In this document: piece by piece, positions 25,601 to 37,200 of the stretch
Numbering within the stretch: the first letter of the stretch is position 1
Layout of the letters: each line of letters begins with the position of its first letter
DNA from: Bugula neritina
Taxonomy: Eukaryota > Animalia > Bryozoa
Direction: 5' to 3'
Length of the DNA: 64,000 nucleotides
NCBI GenBank assembly: GCA_964035545.1
Contig: OZ037766.1
Span: 29,080,640-29,144,639, forward strand
Translations under genes and position numbers: made by a program
The notes under the pieces: generated by a model
The model's database searches: none
What the model saw: only the letters and a program-made list of their open reading frames with translations
Told to the model about the DNA's origin: nothing

Positions 25601-28600
25601 TAACTGCAAGTTGCTGCTATCAGTGGTGAAACTCATTAGTTACAGAAAGTAACAATTTTTATATATCTAAAATATTCTACGTGTTAGAGAGTATTGGTTG
25701 ATAGGGGGTTGAATATTAGTGAGACTGAGAAAGCAGCTAGGTTAGTGATCACTCATCACCACAGATCACTGCCAGCCGACCTTTAGCGTGAGGGTTCTGA
25801 GTTTTGACGCCGTCGTCCGCAAGGACACTTTTCCTGGTGAGACCAGCTGCCATGGACAACTCATAAGAGTGGGAAGCAGGCGAGGAACGATTACCTGGTT
25901 TAGCTGACCAAGTGACCGGATTGTATTGGTCAACTACAAAACCAACAGCAATGCTGACAACAGCCTACCGTGAGATCACTTGATGGTGATCAGTGGAACC
26001 ATCTTCAGAGAAACTAGCTGTGTGTGCCATACACCAGACACATCAACATCAACACAAGAGTTTCAACATATCTAACAACTCAAGCATTCAAACAGCGTTA
26101 GAAGCAAGAAACTGTAGCATTAACTGTGACCAGAGCAGCAAGAATACAGCAACCAGGTTGACCTAGAAACGTTAAAATGGTGTGAGTTCAGGAAGCTGAT
26201 TATATTCTACTAGAAATACCAACACCACCAAAGAGCTACAGTAACAGCTACTATTAACTACAATAACCAGATTGTTTACTTGGCAAACACAAAAGTAGAA
26301 ACCCATATGATCAAAAAATTGCAGGAGAAGGACGAGTTATAGTTAGTCTTTTAGGAGAGGACAGCTAAAAGCTTTTACATAGATGGAAAGCACACGGTGA
26401 AGCAAGGAAACAGATCTGTGCAAAAGCAACTGTGCAAAAAGCATGACTCCGAATAAGCATTTCTCGACTGCGCATTTGAAATCTCACAGGAATGAGCCAA
26501 AAACATCGCCGTTATGCAGGCTGCAGTAATTATGAATAGTTCTCTTGGGAATGAACAGCGCAGATTTGTCATAAGGATCCGCCCAACTATTTTCTTACCA
26601 CAGCATATGAGTGTTAACGCAGTATTCACCATTGCGACAGCTAATGTTACCCTAGCCTAATAAAATTGCTGAATATTATAAACTGCCACACAAACCTTTG
26701 CCTTTGACTTTGCTTCCATTGCCAGTGGGCATTGCGGATTCACCAAACAGATTATTGAAAGAGTTGGCAGCTTTGTTAGGGTTCTACAAATAGAGTAAAC
26801 CAAAAGCTATTGAAACGTCTTGTCTAGTCTTATAACTCCAATGGCCTTACATCTCACCTAGAATACTTCTATAGAATCTAAGCATCACCTCTCAGCACTG
26901 TCATATAGAATGTATATACATGTATGTGCAGACAACTAGAGAACAAAGGAAGGACAAACATGTCTTCTATTGGAGGGAAAGCTATGCACTTTCTGGCCAT
27001 GTTGTGAAATTAATCAATAAATTAGCTAGAGATTCTTCACATAATTTAATATTTTTAATTGCATGAAGATAAGAAGATTTATTTTCAGATTTTCTATGAG
27101 CAATGTATTGATTGCAGACATGAAACTCTCGAATCAATAACTGTTTGTCTGCCCTACATATTTCATAGTTAGCAGTTACTTTACATGATTGAGCTGAACA
27201 TATGCATGTCCAGTTTCAGACCTACTAACATATTATGCATCTCACTAGTTGCAAGACAACATAATACACTGTAGTCTGACTGAATACAAGAGTCGATTAG
27301 CATTACAACATTTCACAGGCCTAACACACTTTAGCAAAATTTTCACTAAATTTGCCATGACTAGAGTGAGGATATCTCTCCTTTGACTGCAAAATACAAA
27401 GAGAATTACTTGCAATTTCAATTAAATAAACCTGGGTTTAGTCAAGAGGGAATTGCATTAAACTTCATTAAAATTGATTGAAAACAAACATTCAAACAAA
27501 CCAGTGATTGTATGGCACAGCTGTAATTAAGCTGATGGCATAAGGTTTCTCTCCCCTCATACAACCTGAGCAAAAATTGCAGAACACAACACTCAAGTTG
27601 TTTGACTTGTTTGCCTAAAAACTAGCTGCTTTTTACACAAAATTGATTCACACCAGCTTCAAAAGTAATTTATTAGATATTCCATAAGCTTGCTCTATGC
27701 ACACAATTCAAACCTGTTTCATATGTAAATTAATGATGATACTAGATAGCATGACTACAGTTGATAGGTCTTAACCCTAAAGACAACAGATGGTATCATA
27801 TGGTGTCTGTCAACATTGCATGTCCCACTGAATTATTAAATCAATACCAATGGCCTAATATATAACTTTCTTTCTACCATTACTCAGCTATACTCAAACC
27901 AGTTTCTCCTAAAAGCCGCTTCATTTTTCAACATAGTATGTATATGGAATGCACTTGGAGTATCCTCTTTTTTAGCTTTTTTCATCAAAATTAATAACAA
28001 TGTATGCGCGATAGTTACTTGTTCCATACGTTCTTCGTTGATTCTCAAATTTAAACCCTAATTAAGCCCACGTAAACTGTATGATTCTTTGTGTAGGGAA
28101 ATGGCTGGCAACCTAAAAGTAAAACTCACATTTGCCTGCCTTTGCTGAGGAGTTTGGTAGTCACTTCCTACAGTCTGGAACTCCTGAACTGGTTTATTAG
28201 ATTTGGGCACCACCACATCCTGCCCGTCTCCGGTGGCAAATGGCGCCATAGTGCCATGGTTTCTGTGTTGAGACATGACAATTTGTCAAACAACCATTAT
28301 AAGGTGACTGTATAGTAACTCACTATGAGTTGCAGTTGAACTAATTTTATCTCAATTGCAACACTGCATACTGAACAATGCGTGACTCTGCGTTATACAA
28401 TTATAATTGTGCTATTTTAAGAATTACAAGGCACAACGCAACTATTAAACCCATAAGGCAAAATTTAATTGTATTTATATACCAATATTATAATATTTCA
28501 AGGAACAAGCAAACTTGTTCACAATCTAAAATCTGAATACCAAGAGTTTAATTTCTGCATCATCAAAAAGCAAACTCTGTACTGCACCAAATGCAAATCT

Positions 28601-31600
28601 AGTTACACTAACATTAACATCAAGTATACCGAATTCGATTGGCTTCCTGTCGTTTGTATGGAGATTCAAAGTCGTTACCAACAACTTGCTGCTGGTGGGC
28701 GGGCCTGTCTATGTTAGATGTACTAATCAAACTGTCAGTCACAGCAAATGGTGCACTCTCTCCATGGTTCCTGTAACAAGCGGATATATGAGTAGCTCTT
28801 CAGCTATAGAAACATATTCAACATCAACTCACAACTTTAACAACCATGCAGTGGACTTAGCCTTCAATCTCCTGTCACTGGTTTCTACAATGTAACCATA
28901 TGTTCCGAATTTCATTAAAATAACTGTGATTAAATGGCATATATAGAAGCCTTGCATCACCTTAAAATTTAAATGAAATGTTGTTGTGACTGGCAACAAT
29001 GTGATTTATGTTATTGCCTAGTTACAATACTATATAAGCTGCCACATTATACACCCTATTTAGTTTATACCATCATATGCTACAGCTATGGAAAATTGTG
29101 AAGGCAAACATAATTACTCAAATCATACATTGCAGTCCCAGCAAAAAGTTTTAAAATAAATTTAACTTCAAGTTAAACAAAGTTCAGCTCACCGACGCTG
29201 GTTAGCTGCATAGCTAGTTCGGTTATTCTGGAAGTTATTGCTTACATCACCACCACCGGCCTCTGCTCCCTACAAAATCGTTTCACTATATGCATATGTG
29301 TGTGTGTACATAATAATATATAATATAATCATATATAATATTATATTTCACACACATAAATCAACTCACAATCAAGGTCTTTAAATAATGCTGCCGATAC
29401 CAATGAATTGATGACTTAGTAATAGAACATAAAACCTAAGCATGTGCAATGCAAGGTGGCTGCTTACAGCAGACTGCCATTGGGATTGGTGCATAATAAA
29501 ATCCATCAATATTCTTACTACCTCAGTTACTTTGAATGAAAATAACACGTCAACTACAGTTATTGAATAGTTTCTTTACAAAAGAAATTGAAATAACAAT
29601 GGAAACTGATGTGCAGTTTGTTTGTTAGAATAATATTGTAAACAATTTAAACGCCTATAAGCACTTGCTTAGTCATAATGAAGTTAAAACTGCTATACTG
29701 GGTGAGCTACTTCAAATCTAGCAATGCAAATACTTTCAATGCCAAACACTATCGAAGTATTAGTCTAACCGTATTACTTAGGGCTATGAGGTTTCCTTGA
29801 AGCTTGGCAAGTCTTGTTTCTTTTATGTTGGCTTGCAAAGTGTTGCTATGGCACATAAATTTTGGAATTGTCACACACTACTTAGACTTCATAAAACCTA
29901 GTTGATTAGTTGTTATGTTGCAGTCAGTCAAGCAAAAAGGATAAATAGTTTCACTAAACTAAATGGGTCCATGGAAACTAAAATCTGTATAAGGGGCCGT
30001 GTGGTAGCTGAGGAATAAAACTATTGACCATAGAGTATGTATGCATGCCTGAAGTACTACAAAAATTATTTTTCTATATTGTGAAGCTCTTCAAATGAAT
30101 TGTATCTTTTCCATATACAACTCACAAGCAGCTTGTGCAAACTGCACTAAAAAAGAACACTGTGTAACAACTGAGGGCTCATCTACATAAGATAGATATC
30201 ACATCTACTAGAAATATCAAAACCTCCTGAAGACAGCTTGATGGCTAGCCATAAAGTGAAAAATATTCTAATAATTTGTAATAAATGCTGAACTTAAGTA
30301 AACAAGATAACACTAATGGTTATCATAAAACAACGCAAACATACACTGTTCGAGTTATAGCCTGATTCTAAGTACCAGGAATACAATGGGTTGTAATAAA
30401 AAACTCATTTCTTTGCAAGGGTCTCATACTAGTATAAGTTTATCAACAGACCATACGGACTATCGCACAATAAGCAATATAACATAAGTGATTAAATAAT
30501 CACTCTTGGGAAGATGGCCTACATCCCATATATAGTATGCACATTGTTATCAGAATAATACCCTGGCTATGCTGTTCATAACAGCAGCTGTCTCCTCTTG
30601 GTTTCTCTGCACTTTTTCTCTTTCAGCTTCTTGTTGATAGTGGCCAAAAATATTAGATGAACCGCCACCAGGAGCTTGCAGAACTCTACAGTGAATCACC
30701 AGTTATAATTTAGCTTAACAAAAAAGGCAAATAGTATCACATATCCATTAATAAGAATCTTAAGCTCTGAATAATTACCATTACTGAAGTTTCAGTGGTT
30801 TTTACTGAGAATGTTTATACTGAGCTTAAGCTTATAGGAAACCAAATTATAAGCAATATAAACACAATGTATATTGTATTTATAATATTTTTTTCCAAAA
30901 GTATTAGCAGTATAGTAACAGATTCCAAGCAAATGAATTTATCATCAATATGAACATTAGCAAAGTTCTCTAACTAAGGAACATGTTCAATTATTCAAAT
31001 GTTTGATGCTAATGTGCAAGTTACAATTTGATTTCCTGTGTAGTAAGTAGTGTATAATAAACTTAAAGTAACACTCAGACTATACACTCATTGTTAAATA
31101 AAAATCAACAGTAACTGTAAGTCTCTAAACAAAATGATGATTAAAAAGACTAACTGAAATAGCAAGCCTAACTGGCAACAACAACAGCAAGTAAAACTCA
31201 ATAACTACAATTTTCACTGAAAACTCAATAACCACAAGTGACATATGCACTTAAATTTAAATTGTAATAATAACACACTTATAGTTACACTTCTAATTTC
31301 ACTTACAACTTGCGAGTTACACTTAAAAATCCATAAAATAACTATTATTCTAATAGCTATAATAACTATTACTCATTCTACTAGTACTAGTATTAGTAAT
31401 AACGTCAGTATAAACCAATAGCCAGAATGAGTTTATGCTTGTGGTTTTCCTGAGCTTATAATTTAATACTAAGTCTAAAAGTAATAATAAATATTATATA
31501 TATCATATAATTATATGTAATACTTATACTAGTAGTAGTAGTAATACTAATAGTAATAGTAAAACTAAATGCAATTGCCAGTGCAAGTCACAAGTGCCAG

Positions 31601-31969
31601 TGGTGAAATAAGATATTTACTTTTAGAGTTAATTGGGAATTCACTTTTAGTGAGTGTGACACTCTGACAGTCACACTCGCTGTGAGTCAGAGTCAGAGTG
31701 AGAGTGTGACACTGATGACTGACAGTCATCGTGACCGTCAGCTCGAATGTCATTGTAAGTATGAATGAGAGACTAACAAAAGGAGTTGCAATCATACTAA
31801 ATGTCAGGCATCATAATTATTATCATGATTATCATTATGATCATGAATAATATTTTGGCTCTCGAATTCCTTTTCGTTTTGAAAAAGTTTTTCATTTTGA
31901 TAATATTATTAATTACCTGGAAGACGACTTTGCTGACGATAATCCTTGATAAAATCCTGTGGAAGTCAT
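22606..31969 (-). CDS. Jupiter: Microtubule-associated protein Jupiter / HN1 (JPT) family, up to ~475 aa
   Basis: Exons 31969-31917, 30685-30562, 29269-29193, 28704-28630, 28262-28130, 26783-26696, 25933-25781, 25403-25038, 24796-24719, 24358-24239, 23657-23550, 22846-22815, 22626-22606. Family hallmarks: MTSTGFYQGL..KSSSRVLQAPGGGSSNIFG, NSFNNLFGE and RNPLTGEG. Confidence 0.82.
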
Positions 31970-32595
31970 TTTATTTTAGTAAGTGACTGTGCAGGTTGTT
32001 GTTTGATAATTGTAAAATAAGTTATACAGTTACTATTCGACTTGGTGTCAATAACTGTAAGACTAAAAAATATAACGTGATTGTCAAATGGAGCCGTTAA
32101 GGTGAATGCCAATGTGGGCGAAGGATGTAAGCTGTTGTCTGCTTCTAAGTAAAAAGTTCTTTGAATTGAAATTGACCAATGGTTGGCATCAGTAATTTGT
32201 TTGGTTCACATAAAGATAAAATTATTTTTTTAAATTATTACCAATTATTGTTTTTATTATTATAAATTGTAATATTTTTTAAAAGTGTTTCAAGTAATTT
32301 TTCATACGTGCATGGTAATGTCATGACAACAGCTTGACATTTTAAGTGAGCTGATAACTCTCTTGAAACTAGTAGCATTCTTCATTTAGCCACTTTTAGC
32401 AGGTTTGTAACGTAATTGGACCGAAGTAACCATTAGTTGACCAATCAAAAGCCAAACCGCACCCAAAAGTGCGTTTTGACAACTTCAGCAAAAGCGATCA
32501 CGTTTTGTAAATAAACAACTGGTTGTTGCTTTCAGTAGAATTCTAATAATTAATTAAAAACTTAATCTTATTGTAAACTGCTCTGTAAATTTAAG
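31970..32595. promoter_or_regulatory. Putative bidirectional promoter for Jupiter (-) and filamin (+), including the filamin non-coding first exon (donor at 32596)
   Basis: Head-to-head arrangement. CCAAT/ATTGG boxes near 32176, 32241, 32415 and 32441, locally more CpG, and an AAG|gtaaga donor. Confidence 0.55.
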
Positions 32596-34215
32596 GTAAG
32601 ACAGTAGTTTCTAGTAGTATTTATTCTATAGTCATAGTGATAATCTAAGTCGTTAACTGGAAATCTTGCCATTCTTAGTTTTAGCGGATGTACTGATAGT
32701 GATATGATTATCAGATTGTCATTGAGTTTGACTTTGAGATTATGATTAAGTTTAACTTAAAGTTATGCGGTAGCCTACGGCTACAGTATAACTTAAACTA
32801 TCAGTATGAGTATCAGTATAACATTGACTATGAGTTTGCGTTTTAAAGTTTTACTTTAACTTAAGCTTGCGCCATTTATATTTTTTTAATTTAATAAAAG
32901 TCATTACTATTGATTACTGTTACTGTTAGTTAACCAATACACTACAGATTACAGCATTATCTTCTATTAGCATTGGTATTTTCTGTAATTTGAAAAACAA
33001 TGCTAATAGCTAATAGGTATAACAGTGATTATTTTTATCATAATAAAAGAAAAATGTATATAAACTCACTTACTATTACACTTATAGTTTGAAGTTCAAT
33101 GAACACGTAGCATTCATTACAACAAAAAATGTATGATTCAAATTGTGGTAAGCTCAATCTATAGTTAACTTTTTGTATGCGAGAAACAGTTATTGGCTAT
33201 GAGTAGATACAATTTGTGATTGTCATTTTGTTTAATGAAATTGCTGGTTGTAGCCTAAATACTGCAATCTTAAAAACATCCTTTTTAAGTAATGGCTGTG
33301 TTATTCAGTCGGTTTTTCTATAGAAAATTGTTCAATAAACTCACTGACTTATTAAGCAAACATTTAATTTAAAAACAAATAACTTACTACAATTTTTAGC
33401 TCAACTTTCAAAGCTTTTCTAAGTTATGCTGAAAAGTTATTTTTGCATGATTATAAATGTCCTTACTGCTGTGCTGGGAATATCATAAGAGGCTATTTGT
33501 GCATCTTGTTACAGTTATGGCTGAAATGTCAAAAAGATAATGCTGTGGTTGCTGACTGCATGATTTTTATCATTTACTTAGTACAGTTGGCTAAACATTT
33601 ATTTCTCTCGATTTACTGCTGTGTTATTAAAAAGTGAATGGTAAATACTGCTTGTATTTTGTACCTTTTGTTAAACAAACATGGCCTAATATGTCCACTC
33701 AGGGTCATGTTATTGCTTAGATGCATTTACTTCATTAATTAAATTGTTACTAAAATTTCTTGAAGCAGTAACGTGTAACTGTAGTTACCAGTGTATGTCT
33801 ATAGATGCATCATCAGATGCTAATATTTATGTAGAACGCGTCATGGAGTTTACCTGTTCATCTACAGCATAATTATGTCTTAGGTGGATGACTTGATAAG
33901 TGACATGTAAATTATCTAATTGTACTTCACCTCTAGGTTATGCAACTCTTGCCATCATTGCTCTTCTCCACTTAACAGTTAGCAGCTCCAAGTGCTTCAT
34001 AGCATTAAGAAAATGAATTTATACTTGCAAATTCTGTTGAAAAAAAATTCATGAGTTTACATTCAACACATTTCACAGATTGAATTTGCTAGTTTGATTT
34101 GTGTTATTTGGTTTTGTAATTATTTTTAATGTTATGTATTTATAAGAGTGTCAACAAGTTTGTCTTAGATAGTACAGTTTCCTTACTACAATATGTTTGA
34201 TCTGTATAGTTGAGG

Positions 34216-37200
34216 ATGGCTGAGGAAGAGCCCCTTCCTTCTCCACCACTTCTGCAAGATAAATGGGTGACAATCCAGAAAAATACTTTCACAAACTTTG
34301 TGAATCAGCAGCTTAGAGAAACGGAACATGAAATTGAAGAACTTTACAGTAAGTATTGCTATTGCCTACTACTAGACCTGTCTTTCCCAGGCAATTGGGG
34401 AGGAGAGGGTAATTGCTAGGACATTTGTTTGGTTAGGGAATATTTTAAGAAAAAAAATTAAATTTGATCGTTCACATTTTTGCAGGATTTTATAAGGTTA
34501 TATTTAGTATCCCTCATTTCTGGTCTATGCTTTTTCTACTTTACGACATTTCAAATAAATGCATTTATTCTATCCGTCGTTTCTCAAGATATCAAGTTAA
34601 TCATATGCTTCTATTTGTTTCAATATATATGCCTAATCACCTGGCTCTTGTATAAACACAGTTGTGCAATGCCAACTTTTCAGCTCAGTGCTTACCTAAA
34701 GTTTATAGCTTATTCTGTCATAGTCAACGGTTGAGCACAGTTTCCTTGTCATGAGTGAAATTGAAGTGTCACTGGAACTAATGAGAGTCACGCAATCTGA
34801 TCAACTAGTTCAGTATTAGTAACAAAATCATTGTTTGTGTTTTATCCTATAGCATGGTAGACCAAGCACTACCTGCAATCTAGAGAAAGTTTGGTACACT
34901 GGAGAGGATAAACTATCCTTTTCTAGAATATGTCTGGAAAGTACACTTTCTATGATATTTTTTAGTTTATATAGCATATGATAATTTATCTTGTTTTAGC
35001 TGAGCTATCAGATGGCGTGAAGTTGTGTGCACTTGTTGCTGCACTACAAGGAAAACCAGGAATTCGTGGTATGAAACCTAACCCAAAAAATAGACATCAA
35101 ATGATTGAAAATGTGACTTTAGCTTTGCAAGCTGCGAAACAAGACAAACTAAAGATTGTGAATATTGGTAGGTCCTAGTGCCTCGTTATGTTCACAGATG
35201 TGGTTTCTGCTAGCCTATTGGTATATTGTTGTCAATCATATATATAGTAGCGTATGGTGTAAATAGTATCACCAGATCTTTCTGAAGCACTGTCCAGGCG
35301 TACAACTAAACTGTTATGTAATTACAAATAGTTACTAAATATATAAAATATAAAAATAATATGTTTAGCAATTTAGTAAAGCTCTGTATTGGCGATTGGT
35401 TTCCAATACAGAGCTTTACTATGTCACATAATATACTTAGTTCGTAATTCAATCTGGAAACTCTACACTCTCTCTACTTATTATTACTAATCAACAGCCT
35501 AAATGTTGTTTGCTTTAGATATTATTCACAATAGCCTGTCTTTTTTATATGAGCTTGCTATTGTTATCAAATACTTTACATTGTTGCGGCTGCAAGCAAT
35601 ACCTGCGTTATACTCACCATGTGTGGGTGACTTTGTGTATGCATTGGGTAACTAAAAATGTTTGTCCTTTTTAGGCGCTGAAGATATTGTAAATGGGAAT
35701 GGAAAGCTGATTCTTGGCTTAATTTGGAGTTATATTCTCCGTTACCAGCTTGGGAAAACTGAGGTCAGTTGCACTTCCCCATTAATTTCTATCTCTGAAA
35801 TATATCTGAGGCCCCCCCCCCCTTCCCACACTACTTCAGTTTTCTGGTTTGATAGCACTTTATGTAACCTTAAATCCTACCTAGCCAGCTAAGTAGTGAA
35901 AGTGAAAAACTAAGGCTAAAATTAATGCTTTGACCTTGAAATTGACATCAGATAGTTGCACACTGCACTTCATCAAGGTTCTGGCACCGATGGTTTTTAT
36001 TTCTAGTAAACAACACTGGGACCACTCTACTCACACATCCGTCATTCATTAGCTAACTTGTAGTGATGTGTAAATATCTCGTCAGAAGCATGACATGCTA
36101 TGCTCGCTCTGTAGTATGATATGTTACTCTGTAGTATGATATGTTACTCTGTAGTATGATATGTTACCCTGTAGTATGATATGTTACTCTGTAGTATGAT
36201 ATGTTACTCTGTAGTATGATATGTTACTCTGTAGTATGATATGTTACTCTGTAGTATGATATGTTACTCTGCAGTATGTTGTGTTACTCTCATTGTAGAT
36301 TCCACCTAAACAGCTGATGCTAGCATGGATTAATGCTGTGATACCCGAGTGTAACATTACTAACTTCACAACTAACTGGAACAATGGCAGAGCCCTTCAG
36401 TAAGTAAACAGTTGACCTGGCAATATCTCAGTCTATACCGAGTTCTCTGTACCAACCCAACCTTCAGGCATTCAGCATGTGGCGTTTTCCTGGCAAATGA
36501 TTGGATTTTATTTTATTACTATGTCCTAATCATTCATGTGTAAGATACGCAGATTTTAGTCGAAATTCTTAGTTTTCAATTATAGTATGTATTTAAGCCT
36601 ATACTAATTTGTCGACTGTCTTGTGTAGTTATTTGATAATATTTTATGTAGTGCACTCATTGATTACTGCGAACCTGGTCTGTCACCCAACTGGCGGAAG
36701 ATGTCAACATCTGACAAGTGAGTCTTTCAGTTCACTAAACTGTGTATAGAGGTTTTATTTCTCATAACAGAATGACTTCATGTCACTCGATGGGATGTTA
36801 TTTGCAAGTTAATAACTTTTGTATTTCAACACCTATTTTTTAGAAAAAAAATCATATTAAATAAAGTTCTTTAAAGCATCAACCGTAAATTTATCTCCAC
36901 ACTAATATGTTTCGTGCATTTAAATAAATTCTTGTAAAATATTTTCAAAGCTTTTTAGGTTTTTGTTTTTTATATTTTAAAACTACAAACGATAAAACAT
37001 GCAATTTTGTAATTATTCTATAATTGTTATAAATCTTTAATGGATTTTTTCCTCTTGAATTAATTTGTATCCAAATACAATTCACTTAACAGTGTTGTAT
37101 TATTAGACAAGGTAACTGTGAGACAGCAATGAGACTTGCTCAAGAGAGACTCGGTGTACCAATAGTTGTGTCTCCTCAGCACATGGCCTCATCAGACCTC

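Noticed and set aside
28263-28276. Alternative start Met (MSQHR...) for Jupiter
   Set aside because: An in-frame cacag acceptor just before 28262 explains the ORF as an internal exon.
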